Assembly (NCBI GenBank): GCA_963782915.1
Contig: CAWALK010000011.1
Coordinates: 96,001 to 160,000 of the forward strand
Origin: an uncultured archaeon
GTDB taxonomy: Archaea; Thermoproteota; Bathyarchaeia; Bathyarchaeales; Bathycorpusculaceae
DNA length: 64,000 nt
Reading direction: 5' to 3'
Numbering within the stretch: position 1 is the first letter of the stretch; each line of letters opens with the position of its first letter. The notes under the pieces are model-generated. The model ran no database searches. It saw only the letters and a program-made list of their open reading frames with translations, and had not been told where the DNA came from. The translations under genes were made by a program, and so were the position numbers. Below are positions 34,956-45,957 of the stretch, one piece after another.

Positions 34956-36427
34956 TTACGCTCTCGGGATTACTGCCAAGAATGGTTCTGGCTCCATGTT
35001 AGCGGTAGCATAAACCGCCAGTGCAATACTCCAAAATACGTCGTCGTGTGTACCTTGCGGATGATAGAAGCCAGTATTGCCGTCCCTGCGCAAATCAAAT
35101 CGTTCCACGTTGAGTTCAGTGCAGATATTCGCCTCTGTAAGGTCGTTCCCAGTGGAGCAGGGGATAGAAGAATTGCTTGTTTAGCATACGTTGCTTAAGC
35201 AACCCAGCCATCTCACTTTTGCGGGGCACACTAAAATTTACACCTTCAGCATTATTGATGCCGGCGTTTTCCATGTCGGCGATGAAGCTGGGACCCTCCC
35301 GTGTAAAATCTACCCGTATTTTCTCAAAGTCGCCCCAGCGGTCCTGCAACGCTTTAAGTAGCCTAAAACAGATGCGTATACCGTGGGTTGCTGGAAAATT
35401 TTTAGATGCCGCAAGTAGAGACGGTATCGTTTTGTTTTTCAACGACTGAGAGGACGCAATAGTCTCTGGTTTGCGCCAAATCCAAGCCCCGCAAAGAATT
35501 CACCGCTATGATTCAACCTCGGAGTCGAATAATCGCAGTTCTTCGCCGCAGCTTGTCTGAGTGCCGATGCAGGAAGCAATAAGGCTCTGGTTTAGCCAGA
35601 CATCGTCATCCTCAGCCCATTCGGCATCCATTTCACGGTGCCAACGTGATAGGTCATCGCCCATCTGAGTCTTAATCCGTTCGATAATGTTGGGTTTGAG
35701 TGGTCCGTTGGGGCTTAATGCTTTGGCGACTGGTACATGAGAGGTTTTGAAATCAGAGAAATCCTTATGGTTGAAAATTTTGAAGAACACGCTATCGGTG
35801 TGCCAGGGTGTGCTGCTGCAGACGAATTTGCCATCGGTTGTTCCCAGCGTGTAGAGGATGGCGTCGTAGAGTTCTTGGTCGTTTGCTACAAAGTTGAATT
35901 CGTCAGCATATACTACATGTAAGCGTGGGTCCTCGGATTGTTTCGGGGTTGTTTGGGAAAGCTTCAATGCTGCTTCCGTTAGCGAAGTAGATTTGGGTTC
36001 GTTGCGGCTTGAAAGCTAATCCCGGCGGGTAGATTATGGGTGAAGAATGCGATTATGCGATATGATTCGTTTGGTTTGCCGCCAAGAAGGCCCAACGATG
36101 CCGATTGCACTATTGGGGTGACTGACTGCGTACCAGAGCAGCAGGGCGCAGATTATGTAGGTTTTTCCGCTTTGCCGGCACCATCGGGCTGCGGTAAATT
36201 GGTTGTTTAGAAATAGTTGGGCGAAGTCTATTTGGTACTGGATATGGTTGAAAGCCTAAAATGCGCTCAAAAAAAGCGGAGGGGTCACTGCTGAATCCTA
36301 ATGTCTCCTGCTGAGTGGCTTGTATTAAGTGATTGTTGCTTTGCTGGAGATTATGCCATCGGGGCAGGATTTGGTTGGGTCGTAATGCCCTGGGTTCTTT
36401 CTGCTTTTTCCTTGAGTAGCTTCGCAT
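34956..36427 (-). CDS. terL: Terminase large subunit (several frameshifts; start uncertain)
   Basis: Stitched frames give PYQ, RWCRQSGKT (Walker A), VVYADEF (Walker B), SSTPW, nuclease GLDLAQTRDY, VDFT and HDDVFWSIALA. Confidence 0.88.
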
Positions 36428-36815
36428 TTTGTTCCTCCATTTCTTTTAGTTTGGTTTCGATTTGTCTGTAGTTGATGTAGTCGGTGAGAAGTTCTTTGTA
36501 GGTTTTAGCGATGGTTGCTATGGCTTGTAATCGTTGGACTTCGATTTTGTTTAGTCCTGGTTTAGCAGCGGTTTTTAGGGCGCCTGCAAGCATTTTTAGG
36601 GTTTCCTCGACGCTTGGCAGTTGTTTTGGGAGTGGGATGGAGGAGTCTACGTAGCCTTTTGTTTGGGGTTTTATGTCGAGGCGTTGGCATTTTATGATTA
36701 TGGCGGCGGGTGTTTTTTGGAGTTTGGCGGCTATTTCGTCTAGGCTTGTGTTTGCTTCTACGAGTTGTTTTAGTTCGGTTTCTTGTTGGGGGGTCCATTG
36801 TTTGCCTTTAGTCAT
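36351..36815 (-). CDS. Putative terminase small subunit (N-terminal HTH plus coiled coil)
   Basis: WTPQQETELKQL...LDEIAAKLQKTPAAI HTH; immediately upstream of and overlapping terL. Confidence 0.55.
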   Translation of the reverse strand: MTKGKQWTPQQETELKQLVEANTSLDEIAAKLQKTPAAIIIKCQRLDIKPQTKGYVDSSIPLPKQLPSVEETLKMLAGALKTAAKPGLNKIEVQRLQAIATIAKTYKELLTDYINYRQIETKLKEMEEQNAKLLKEKAERTQGITTQPNPAPMA

Positions 36816-36902
36816 GGGTTAATTGCCTGTAGCAACGCTTATATAACAATTATTGTTAAGTAATTGGCGTAATTAAACAGTGTTTGTTAATGGTGTAACT
36901 GT

Positions 36903-37346
36903 ATGTTGGGCAATTCGATGAGAAAGTATGTTATGAGCGAAAATAAGAACGGTTACAGTAAAGCCGTGCAAGCCGTCTACAACACCCGAATCAAAAGCTA
37001 TGCAAAACAAGCCATCCAAGATTTAGCGCTACTGGCGGAAAAATTACCTGAAGACCAACAAGCCGACATCTTCAACAGCGAAAACATGAAGCCATTATTC
37101 AAAGCCATCCTAAAACCGGCTCCGGAAGAAATTACCCAACTAACTCAAAACAAAGAACTGGCAAAGAAGAAAAGAAACCGTTTACGCCCACTCACCTATG
37201 AAATAATTACTTTACTAAATGACTCAAACTTGTCATGGTTAATTGCACCCATAGGAGCCAGATATATGACAAAAGAAGGCGGATATTTAGCTCATTTAAA
37301 AGCGATTTATTACCGCAGCCTAGACGGCGGAGACGATGAAGAATAG
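36903..37346 (+). CDS. Hypothetical protein
   Basis: Open 147-aa helical ORF; no motif recognised. Confidence 0.55.
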   Translation: MLGNSMRKYVMSENKNGYSKAVQAVYNTRIKSYAKQAIQDLALLAEKLPEDQQADIFNSENMKPLFKAILKPAPEEITQLTQNKELAKKKRNRLRPLTYEIITLLNDSNLSWLIAPIGARYMTKEGGYLAHLKAIYYRSLDGGDDEE

Positions 37347-37390
37347 GCAGGATGGCATCGTTGCAAGTAAGTGGTGGAAGAGAATTGACA

Positions 37391-37406
37391 GTAGGTACGT
37401 ACCTAC
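37391..37406. promoter_or_regulatory. Perfect 16-bp palindrome GTAGGTACGTACCTAC
   Basis: Intergenic dyad between the packaging and head modules; function inferred only. Confidence 0.4.
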
Positions 37407-37484
37407 GTCTGGGTGTAAAAAAAGTAAGCACTCCCTAGACGTTAGAGTGGAGGGTAACTAGGTCTGCGTTCGCAAGAACATCAT

Positions 37485-37889
37485 TTGCCTCTTTTCTTGA
37501 ATGCTAAAATGCGTTTAGCGCTCATTAAACTTCAAGCTGACAAAGAATTGGGACAATCATACGCTGGGCTCTATGCACTCAACGAAGGCTTACATGCCCT
37601 AAAGTACCTAAGTGATGAAGACTACCAAGCTTTCAAAAAACGTTACAGTGATAAACTGGTCAATGATCACCAAAATAATCGAAAATGCGAATTAGACCAT
37701 CAAGCTCAGAAGGAAATCGAGAGTATGACCCGTTACTTTAGCATGGTTATCGACCAATGGCACCTGCATCCAAACAGTGAATGGCGGAGTAAACAACTAA
37801 AAAAAGCCAAGGAATACGCAAACCGCATACCGAATGCTAGGGAGGTTTTGGATTTAGAGGAAAATTCACCGGAGATTCCCCATAACTAA
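37485..37889 (+). CDS. Hypothetical protein
   Basis: Open 134-aa ORF; no motif recognised. Confidence 0.55.
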   Translation: MPLFLNAKMRLALIKLQADKELGQSYAGLYALNEGLHALKYLSDEDYQAFKKRYSDKLVNDHQNNRKCELDHQAQKEIESMTRYFSMVIDQWHLHPNSEWRSKQLKKAKEYANRIPNAREVLDLEENSPEIPHN

Positions 37890-37906
37890 ATATCGGCCTG
37901 TATAAG

Positions 37907-38122
37907 CTACTCGTCATTTGCCCCTTCGAATTCAGTGGGGTCTAAGCCTAAATTGGTTGCCCACTGTACATCTGCCAGGGCATCAACGAGTTTTCTTTGG
38001 GCATTCTTGTGCAGTCGGCTCACGGTTGGCGGATTAATGTTTAGTTTACGGGCTATTTTGTAATCGCTCAACCCTTGATTTGCCAACTCAAGAATCCGCC
38101 GTTCCCGATCAGTTAAAGCCAT
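37907..38122 (-). CDS. LuxR/sigma-region-4-like HTH regulator
   Basis: LTDRERRILELANQGLSDYKIARKLNINPPTVSR; divergent from the head operon. Confidence 0.8.
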   Translation of the reverse strand: MALTDRERRILELANQGLSDYKIARKLNINPPTVSRLHKNAQRKLVDALADVQWATNLGLDPTEFEGANDE

Positions 38123-38948
38123 GGCACCGCTTCCTTTTGGATATAAAGGTTATTACTACTTTTGGGCTAATAACCTATTTCCGCTTTCCCAGACATACCC
38201 ATTCCCGATTAACATGCCAGAGAAAGAAACCCAAAACCAAGCAAACCCATGCAGTCGAGGAGTAGAGCACCTCTTGACTGTTCTGCCCTTTAGTGTTCTG
38301 GAAAAAATGGCTGACAAACCTTTGAGGATTCGGGGCGTAGCCATGACGGCTGGTATGAGCCGCAATCTTAACATCTATACACCTGAAGAGCTGCAAGCTT
38401 TCACCGGCAAGCTGGTAAATGCGCCGGTCTATATTGAGCATGTTTCTGTACCAAACGCCATTGGGAAAGTTACCAAAACCGATTGGGACGGCCATAGTCT
38501 CTGGTATGAAGCGGAAATTTATGATGAGTCAATCGCTGAGAAGATACGTAAGGGTTTAGTCCAGCATGTGAGCGTGGGTGCAGATTATGAAGCCGTCGAT
38601 TTAGTGGATGGCAAGGTTCCTCATGGACTTCATAACGCCGAGTTAAGTTTAGTGGCCGTTCCTGGAATTCCGGAAACTAACGTGCAGGTTTTAGAGAAAC
38701 TCTCCCAAACAGAAGGCAGACTAACCGAGGCACAAAAGACCATTGAGGATTTACGCAAACAAGTCCCAGGAGGCGGTTTGCTAAAGAATCCACCAACGAT
38801 GATAGCGGTTTCTGAAGCTATCAAGATGGTTGAGGCAGTTCTGCCTTCGCCTATGATTCAAAGAAGTTGGAGTCTTGGGCCTCAACGCATGTGCCAAGAA
38901 CTCCGCAGAGTAGTCAAACAGCTAGAGCAGAAAGTAGGAGGCAGATAG
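38121..38948 (+). CDS. Prohead (capsid maturation) protease (start probably 38213)
   Basis: IRGVAMTAGMSRN..IYTPEEL, PVYIEH, IRKGLVQHVSVG, ELSLVAVPG. Confidence 0.85.
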   Translation: MAPLPFGYKGYYYFWANNLFPLSQTYPFPINMPEKETQNQANPCSRGVEHLLTVLPFSVLEKMADKPLRIRGVAMTAGMSRNLNIYTPEELQAFTGKLVNAPVYIEHVSVPNAIGKVTKTDWDGHSLWYEAEIYDESIAEKIRKGLVQHVSVGADYEAVDLVDGKVPHGLHNAELSLVAVPGIPETNVQVLEKLSQTEGRLTEAQKTIEDLRKQVPGGGLLKNPPTMIAVSEAIKMVEAVLPSPMIQRSWSLGPQRMCQELRRVVKQLEQKVGGR

Positions 38949-39032
38949 CTGTGTTTTTGCTCACTTTTGTGGGGAAGAGTACCAAAGGACGAACTTTGGG
39001 AAATTCAAGAAAAGAAATCGAATTGATATTAA

Positions 39033-39461
39033 ATGACTGATAAAACAGGCAAAACTTGGATGGCTGTAGGAGAAACCGACGATCCGCAAGCGCTCATAGA
39101 ATCTTTTGAAGCTGAAGCAGCAATCACCAAAGGCTCACCCGTCTATCTAAGCTCAGATGACAAGGTATCGACTAGCCCAGGCGGAGACGACGCCATAGGC
39201 GTAGCCGCCAAAACCGTTGCCATAGGCGAAATGTGCCCAGTGCTAAAACGTGGAAGAGTCAAAGTCAAAGCAAACGGAGCCATAACACGGGGCAAAGCAG
39301 TCTGCAGTGCTGCAAACGGCAAAGTTGCCCCATTAGTGGACCAACCGGTAGATGAAGGCGGAGCAGCAACCTACACAGTATTTTACAATCGCAAACTTGG
39401 AACCGCACTTGAATCAGCAATCGCAGACGGCGACTTGATCTTCATAGGTGTGGAGAAGTGA
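39033..39461 (+). CDS. Capsid cement/decoration protein (DUF2190-like)
   Basis: FEAEAAITKGSPV, AIGVA, GAITRGKAV, GTALESA..DGDLI; directly before the capsid gene. Confidence 0.7.
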   Translation: MTDKTGKTWMAVGETDDPQALIESFEAEAAITKGSPVYLSSDDKVSTSPGGDDAIGVAAKTVAIGEMCPVLKRGRVKVKANGAITRGKAVCSAANGKVAPLVDQPVDEGGAATYTVFYNRKLGTALESAIADGDLIFIGVEK

Positions 39462-40421
39462 TTGCATTGAAGCCAAGACTTTTTGAAGCATTGATGGAAA
39501 GACCTAACGACCAACGTGAAGTTTACGAGAAGCTAAAGCAGAAAACTGAGCATCCCTTCATGAAGCGCTATGTCGCCATGGGCATAAAAGAAAACCTCTT
39601 TAGCGATATGACAGGTGCGCTTGGCAGGATGCATGATACGCTTGTGCAGGCTGCGTTTCCTGAGTTGATTGGCAGAAACATCATCACAGTCATGCAAACC
39701 TCTGAAGCTACGGAGCGATTCCCACTTGACACTGATACAATTGCTTACCGTTACTCTGAAGGCACTATAACGAGGCTTAGTGGCAAAAAGAACTCAATGG
39801 TAGATATCTACACAAACGTGCTTGCGGATTCATCTGAGGAGTGGACTAGAGAGTTTCTTGAGGATGCAACCTGGAACGTCATGGATAACATGATTCAGAA
39901 GACTGGCAGAGCTTTAGGCATAAAGGAAACCGAAGAGATCATCGCGCTCTATGGTGCAATCCAGGATGCAGATCTGGCTGGCGGTGCTCCTATCGCTGGA
40001 GGAAACGCTGTGCTTAGCTGGACAGGGTTGCTTAGACTGCATGATGCCGTTAGAAGCGAGAACTGGCATCCTACTGTACCTAGCAATCAATGAGACCCAA
40101 CTCCATCAGTTGCTAAACGACGATAAGTTTGTTCACGCTCAGTATTTGCCGAGTAGTGAAACCGATATCCAGCAAGGCAGCATAGGCTCAGTGTTGGGTA
40201 TGCAGGTACAAGCTAGCACTTTGATTCCCAACGGGACAGCGTATGCAATTGACACTCGAGTTGCTTCTGCAATGCTTCTACGTCGTGACATTACAGTTGA
40301 AGACTGGGAAGACATAAAGACCGGCAAATACGGCGTTCGAGCAACCACACGGTTTGGAGCGGGTATTCTACGCGCTACAGCTGTTGCCAAAATGACCAAC
40401 ATCAAGACTACCCTAAGCTAA
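39458..40421 (+). CDS. HK97-fold major capsid protein (frameshift ~40078)
   Basis: WTREFLEDATWNVMD...GRALGIKETEEII, GSVLGMQVQASTLIPNGTAYAID, VRATTRFGAGILRATAVAKM. Confidence 0.85.
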
Positions 40422-40486
40422 AATGATCGTCAACGATCTAACCACTTTCCCTTTTTTTGGGTTAAAAATGTGAGGTTTATCCTGCT

Positions 40487-41722
40487 ATGAGCAAATTCAT
40501 CCGAAAAATCAGCGAAATCCTGTCCTTTACGCCTGCCTCCGGTGTGGCATCCCCTAAGCAGCGGGTGTTCTTTGACACTTCCTGCATACCCTTAGCAGAC
40601 GTCTTGAAACTCTACTACCGTGATCCCACCTGCAAGAGTAGTGTAGACTTGCTGGCAGCTTCAACGGTTGGCATGGGCTTCTACACTACAGCGGATAAAA
40701 AATACGACAAGGCATCCCAAGCTAAAGAGGTTGTCGACCGGTTCTGTGAGGATGTCAATCTCGATAGCTTGCTAAATGACATGGCAAAGCCGCTGATTGG
40801 TTGCGGAAACGATTTCTGGCTAAAACTCAACCCCGACAAACTAACTGACACTCTGCGCATGCCAATTGACGCCGTCCAACGGATAGGGCTAAGCTCTGTT
40901 CCCGACTTAAAGATTCCATATAAAGTCACAGGTTACCAGCTTCTAAGCACATATGGCGGCGATACTAGAGCCGAGCTTAAGCCCGAAGCTGTAATTCATT
41001 GGCGTTTAAACGGCGATGTCCCCTCCGGGTTTGGCGTTGGATTGTTGCAGGTTCTCCTGCATTCGTTAACCATTGACACTGACAAGCGTCCCTCGTATGC
41101 TTGGATGAAGGCCAAGATAGAGAAGATTTTGCCAAACATCTTCACTAAATATGCTGGTCCCGATGTCGTTGTGCAGCTTGAAGGGCAAAAAGAAGATACC
41201 ATCAAAAAATATGAAGCCGCGATTAAGAACCGACCGGAAGAGGGGCAGTGGCTTTTTAGCGGCGCCAAATCTGTCGGCGTCTACCCAGTAACCATTGACC
41301 CAAGGGCACGCTTCGAATATTATATCGACCACATGGTCAACCAATTTTACCTCGGATGCGAAACACCGCTTCCAAGGCTGTTTAGCACTCCAGGCTTCAC
41401 TGAAGCATCGGCAAGGGCAGCGCTCGATTTACAGGACATGCTCATTAAACCAGTCCAGCGGTACATCAAGCGCCAAGTTGAAAAAGAAATCTTCGCTTTC
41501 ATTGTAGCTCAAAATGGGCTCGATCCCACCAAAGCCAAAGTTAGGTTGAATTTTGGCAGTTCAGAAACACCCGAGTTAGTGGCCGCCGACATCATTAAAG
41601 CAGCTGAATTGGGGCTGATTCGTGCGGAGGAGTTCCGTAAGAACGCTGTCAAGTTCGGTTGGGAACTCTGGGATACCCAACCTGAAGCAGCAGTTCAAGG
41701 TAAGGAGGTAAAAAAGGAATGA
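40487..41722 (+). CDS. Portal protein
   Basis: 411 aa; LYYRDPTCKSSVD, LIGCGNDFW, LKPEAVIHWRLN..SGFGVGLL, IKPVQRYIKRQVEKEIF, VRLNF. Confidence 0.75.
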   Translation: MSKFIRKISEILSFTPASGVASPKQRVFFDTSCIPLADVLKLYYRDPTCKSSVDLLAASTVGMGFYTTADKKYDKASQAKEVVDRFCEDVNLDSLLNDMAKPLIGCGNDFWLKLNPDKLTDTLRMPIDAVQRIGLSSVPDLKIPYKVTGYQLLSTYGGDTRAELKPEAVIHWRLNGDVPSGFGVGLLQVLLHSLTIDTDKRPSYAWMKAKIEKILPNIFTKYAGPDVVVQLEGQKEDTIKKYEAAIKNRPEEGQWLFSGAKSVGVYPVTIDPRARFEYYIDHMVNQFYLGCETPLPRLFSTPGFTEASARAALDLQDMLIKPVQRYIKRQVEKEIFAFIVAQNGLDPTKAKVRLNFGSSETPELVAADIIKAAELGLIRAEEFRKNAVKFGWELWDTQPEAAVQGKEVKKE

Positions 41723-42066
41723 AGGTATCAGCGGAAGACGTTAGAGACACCCTCAACCTAAAAGATTCGGATATTTCTGAGGTTAAAGTTCTGAAGATGA
41801 TTAAGCGTGCCGAGGTCACTTTAGAGCTTGAACTCTCCGCTGATATTGACTACCAAAACTGCACCGATTCCCAAAAAGAAGCAATAACGCTCCTGGCTGC
41901 CATTTATGCAGTCTGCTACTTGGCTGGCGGTTCTGCTATCGGTTTGAACTTTAGCGTTGGTGACCTGACCAGTTCCAACTCAGCCTGGCCCAGCTTAACG
42001 GTGTTACAAAGCGAATTCGAGCGGGTCCTTGCCAGTCTCAAAGAAGTCTACGTGGGGAGCGTGTAG
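41719..42066 (+). CDS. Head-tail connector/adaptor (gp6/gp15-like)
   Basis: VSAEDVRDTLNL...MIKRAE, helical, FSVGDL hairpin; position after portal. Confidence 0.6.
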   Translation: MKVSAEDVRDTLNLKDSDISEVKVLKMIKRAEVTLELELSADIDYQNCTDSQKEAITLLAAIYAVCYLAGGSAIGLNFSVGDLTSSNSAWPSLTVLQSEFERVLASLKEVYVGSV

Positions 42067-42068
42067 CC

Positions 42069-43469
42069 ATGGGAACCGTTCCTGAAGCATATTTCCAATT
42101 CGTTATGGACTATGCGCCCTATGTCTATGTGATAGCGCCTAATACACCGGATCCAGCGTTTGGCAAAGGCGTCCTAGCAGCAAGCTTTGCCCTTGATTTT
42201 CTCTGTGAAGCGTATTCAGCCCCGCAGTTCAAAGATAGACAAGCAGACATCTATGAAAAAATCGAGAGCTTAGCCGATTGGGTACTAACCCAACAATGCA
42301 CTGATCCTGCAAAGAAGGCTTATGGCGGGTTCAAAAGCGCCGAGACCAGCACTTACTATTACAGTGTAGATGCTTGCAGAGCCATCCCATCACTTCTAAA
42401 AGCCTACGAACTCACAAAAGACAGTGAATACTTGGAGGCTGCAAAGCTAGCTGGCGGAACTTTCCTCAAAACCATGCAAGATAAGCAAACATACGGCGGC
42501 TTCGCTAGAGCAGTCACAATCCAAGATGCTTGGCTTTTGCAGATGGATATAGAATGCCTCTATGGACTCATTGGCTTAAACAGGCTAGCCAAAGGTTATC
42601 ATGAAGGTGATGAAGGTAAGGAATACGCATACGATCGTATGATGGATAGGGCAGCGTTTTTTCTTTGGCAAGGCTTTGAGAATCTTTGGCTAACTTTTGA
42701 CCCTTCAGATGGCAATTGGCACAGAGTGGGCTTAACTGAAAATGAGGTTTACGATGACCCGTTCGCCTACGCCTTGCTGGGACTGTATGAGTTTGAAGGC
42801 TGGAGTGTCAGCTGCCAAAAAGTCTACAACGCCCTAAACAACATCAGAGCTAGCGGAAAGTATCCAGCTTATGACCCTGCAATTTGCTGGGCTGGTTACA
42901 TAGATGTGCTTAATCGATTCTCAGCTTGCGACTACTACGACGCCGTCACAAGCGGGATCCTTTGGAAAATCCGCCAAAACCACGACAAGCCAAGCTTTAA
43001 ACTCAGTGTAGAAGTCATCGGCAAACATGCAGCTGAATTCATGTATTGGGGCGCCAAACACACAGACTACAGCTATGTTGAAAATAAGCAGGCAATGGCG
43101 ACCGTTTGCTGGTTAGCCGAGCTTTTCCTACATTACGAGGAGCCTGTAACTCAGTTTACAAAGATTCTGATGAGTAAAGGGGAAACGGTGACGCTCTATT
43201 CTGTTCGAGAAGCCGCTGCAACAGTCACTTATGGCGAACCGTTGGATTTGTTAGCCGTTGTTTCCTCACTCAAAGCTGAGCAAGTCATGTTAGAAGCTGG
43301 CTACTACCTGAACGACTACTTGGCGTTCTATACGTTTCTCCCAGTTAGGGTTCATGACAAACTTAGGCGTCAAGGCGAAGACTACGAAATCCAAACAGTA
43401 ACGCCCTTCACGTTTGCGAATCAACGGTTCTACTTCAAAAGCATCGCAAGGAGGCTAATCGCAAGTTGA
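42069..43469 (+). CDS. Alpha/alpha-toroid enzyme-like domain fused to a putative head-closure domain
   Basis: Repeats LADWVLTQQ...YGGF and FLKTMQ...YGGF, LLKAYELTKDSEYLEAAK; C-terminal ~105 aa VTLY...RVHDKLRRQGEDYEIQTV resembles head-closure proteins. Confidence 0.55.
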   Translation: MGTVPEAYFQFVMDYAPYVYVIAPNTPDPAFGKGVLAASFALDFLCEAYSAPQFKDRQADIYEKIESLADWVLTQQCTDPAKKAYGGFKSAETSTYYYSVDACRAIPSLLKAYELTKDSEYLEAAKLAGGTFLKTMQDKQTYGGFARAVTIQDAWLLQMDIECLYGLIGLNRLAKGYHEGDEGKEYAYDRMMDRAAFFLWQGFENLWLTFDPSDGNWHRVGLTENEVYDDPFAYALLGLYEFEGWSVSCQKVYNALNNIRASGKYPAYDPAICWAGYIDVLNRFSACDYYDAVTSGILWKIRQNHDKPSFKLSVEVIGKHAAEFMYWGAKHTDYSYVENKQAMATVCWLAELFLHYEEPVTQFTKILMSKGETVTLYSVREAAATVTYGEPLDLLAVVSSLKAEQVMLEAGYYLNDYLAFYTFLPVRVHDKLRRQGEDYEIQTVTPFTFANQRFYFKSIARRLIAS

Positions 43470-44484
43470 GCGAAGTAGAGAACCCAGTCATAACAATTCT
43501 GCGCCTAATCGAGTCACGGATAAGAGTCGTCAAAGATGACGGCGGCTTAGCCAGTGTCCTTTGTTCTCAAGCGAACTATGACCGGGAACTGCTCAAAGAC
43601 TACGATGCCCAAATAACCGTGTCCAAGACCTCTGAGCCTTGCCAAGCGCAGAAACACACCTTAGACGGCAAACTAAGAAGACGCATCTACTCCCTTCGGG
43701 CAACCATAGTAACCATTGACAAGCCATTTGCAGGTGCAGACGTCGGCAGAGTCATGCGAGACAAAGTGCTTGAGCAGCTACTGTTGATTATTCCCGAAAA
43801 CCGCAACCTACCCTACAGGACATTCTACAACTTTTACCCGATTGACTCAACGTCTGCAACTCACAAAGCCTATAGTGCAGTTGCCGCAACCGAGCCTGAG
43901 CCATCTAACTCAGCTTGGACAGAACTGTCAAATCCTGAGTATGCGAACCTTTGGGGAAGCGATGACCTTAGAACCTCTAAAAGCGCAACTGGCAATGGCG
44001 AGTTTGCGTTTATGCTATTCCGCTTCAAAATAGGCTCTAAAGCTGGAGAGAGCCGAAATGAACCCAGAAAACAGTGCTTAAAGCGCGTAATTTTGGCGTT
44101 TGAAGGTTTTGGGCTTGCACCACAGGGAAACGGCGTTACCCTAAAAGTATGGGATAACTTAGCCAGTGCTTGGAGCAATCCACAAACCGGCGTTTTGCGG
44201 AACAGACGAAACCCTCACTATCACTCTAACGTCAAACCTCACGAACTACGTCAACGATGACGGCTTCCTATACCTGATGGCACGAACAACCAACCCCTCA
44301 GATGGGGTTTCGTCTGCCGTTTTGTACTGCGATTTTGTCCAAGCAACCGTTGACGTATGGGGCATAACATTTTGCGACGTTCACAGTTTCCGAGACGTCG
44401 ATGTAGTTGATGTTAAGCCGTTTCTCTACAAAGAAGAAATCGTCATTGCTGGCTTGGCTCTTCGAGTCAGTTGCCATTTCCTAG
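43466..44484 (+). CDS. Putative tail terminator with inserted beta-sandwich domain (frameshifts ~44195 and ~44450)
   Basis: Position before tail tube; stitched from 43466..44260 and 44166..44612. Confidence 0.5.
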
Positions 44485-44500
44485 TCACAGGTGAAACAAT

Positions 44501-45365
44501 ATGGTGGACACCTATCACTCAGACCAAGAAAAATTCTACTACGTTACCGAAGGCTCTTTCGGCGTGGTTCCAGCTAGCCCGGCAATGCTTGGGCACTCCT
44601 GCAGCAATCTAGAACCTGACATAAACCCAAACAACATCCGAGTACCTGGCACAGGCTCAATTGATGTGGTCGCACTTAAGCGTGGATTAAGACAGCCACT
44701 TCTGAAAGTCAAGTACCCCATCCCATCGGATGCACCTATCAACTTTCTCCAGTACGTCAAACAAGAACTCAACGTCAGCCTTTCCCTGCAAGTGCTCTAC
44801 TACAAAGACCAATTCGCCTTCGCCACCGACATCATAAGCCTACTCTACAAGGGCGCCCGATTCAACAAAGCAACCCTAACATGCGACATAGACGGCCTCT
44901 TGGAGTGCGAAGCCGAGTTTCCAGCCCAAGATATAGAAGTCTACAACAGCCAAAATTACAGGCGCTTCATACTCCGAATATGCCGGCGCTGTTTCAGGCA
45001 GTGAAAGCTATGTCAAAATCGGCGGCGTAACTTGCGAGCGTGTTACTTCTTGGAAGCTGCAGATTGACAACTCCTGCAAAGCTGTCCCGGTCATAAGGTC
45101 TGTTAATGGGCATTTGGCGAAGTATCTCACTTGGGGTAAGCGGCTACTGACTGGAGAACTCAACTTTGAGTTTGAGAGCAAACAAGAAGCCGACGACATC
45201 TTAGCCGACACCGAGCAATCCAGCTTAGAATTCGGGTTAGGCGGCGTCAACAAAGTTAGCGTTGAGCATACCAAATGGGATGACTTTTCATTAAGCGGCA
45301 AATCCGAGGACCTGATCTACGCAAAGGTTCCTTTCACAGCCAGAGGACCGCTCAGCATTTTATAG
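44501..45365 (+). CDS. Major tail tube protein (frameshift ~44940)
   Basis: YVTEGSFGVVPASP N-terminus, beta-rich, VTSWKLQIDNS, GKRLLTGELNFEFES. Confidence 0.75.
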
Positions 45366-45383
45366 TTACGGAGAAATCAAGAG

Positions 45384-45913
45384 TTGAAAACAGAAAAAGT
45401 TGAGATTGATGGCAGATTCGGCGAAGAATACAGGGGCACCTATACCTTTGCTGAGATAACGTGGGCTAAACGAAACCGCATCATCCAAAAACACACCAAA
45501 TACAACAAGCTATCCGGCGACGTTGAAAGCAGCGATTTCATAGCCATACAAGCGGAAACCATTATGGCTAGCATGCATGGCCAACCCCAAAGCCACCCCA
45601 TAACGCTGGAAAAGCTGCTGGGCGAAGAAGACGGTATTCCGATTGAGCTTGGGGAACTTTTCTCTAAAGTAGTCAACAAGCTAAACGGCATGCCACGGGA
45701 GGATTTGCGTTTTTTACTAGAGCAGTTAGACGAGGAAAGCCGCACAGCGCTCTTGTCGAGTTTAGGCTATGTCAAACCTTCGGCTGGACCCCAACCCAAC
45801 TTGCAAAGCAGCCAGCCCGAACAATCCAGGAGTTCTGCCACATCTTGAACGTGATGGACGAAATGGCTGAGGAAGAAAAGCGAAAAGCGGAGCGTGAAGC
45901 AAAACGGCAGTAG
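45384..45913 (+). CDS. Tail assembly chaperone pair G (45384..45848) and GT (to 45913 via -1 frameshift)
   Basis: In-frame slippery T TTT TTA at 45710-45716; -1 frame reads FTRAVRRGKPHSALVEFRLCQTFGWTPTQLAKQP...EAKRQ*. Confidence 0.75.
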
Positions 45914-45957
45914 AAGTAACCTGCGACATCCAAGGCGTAGAAGAATTCAAAGCAGCT

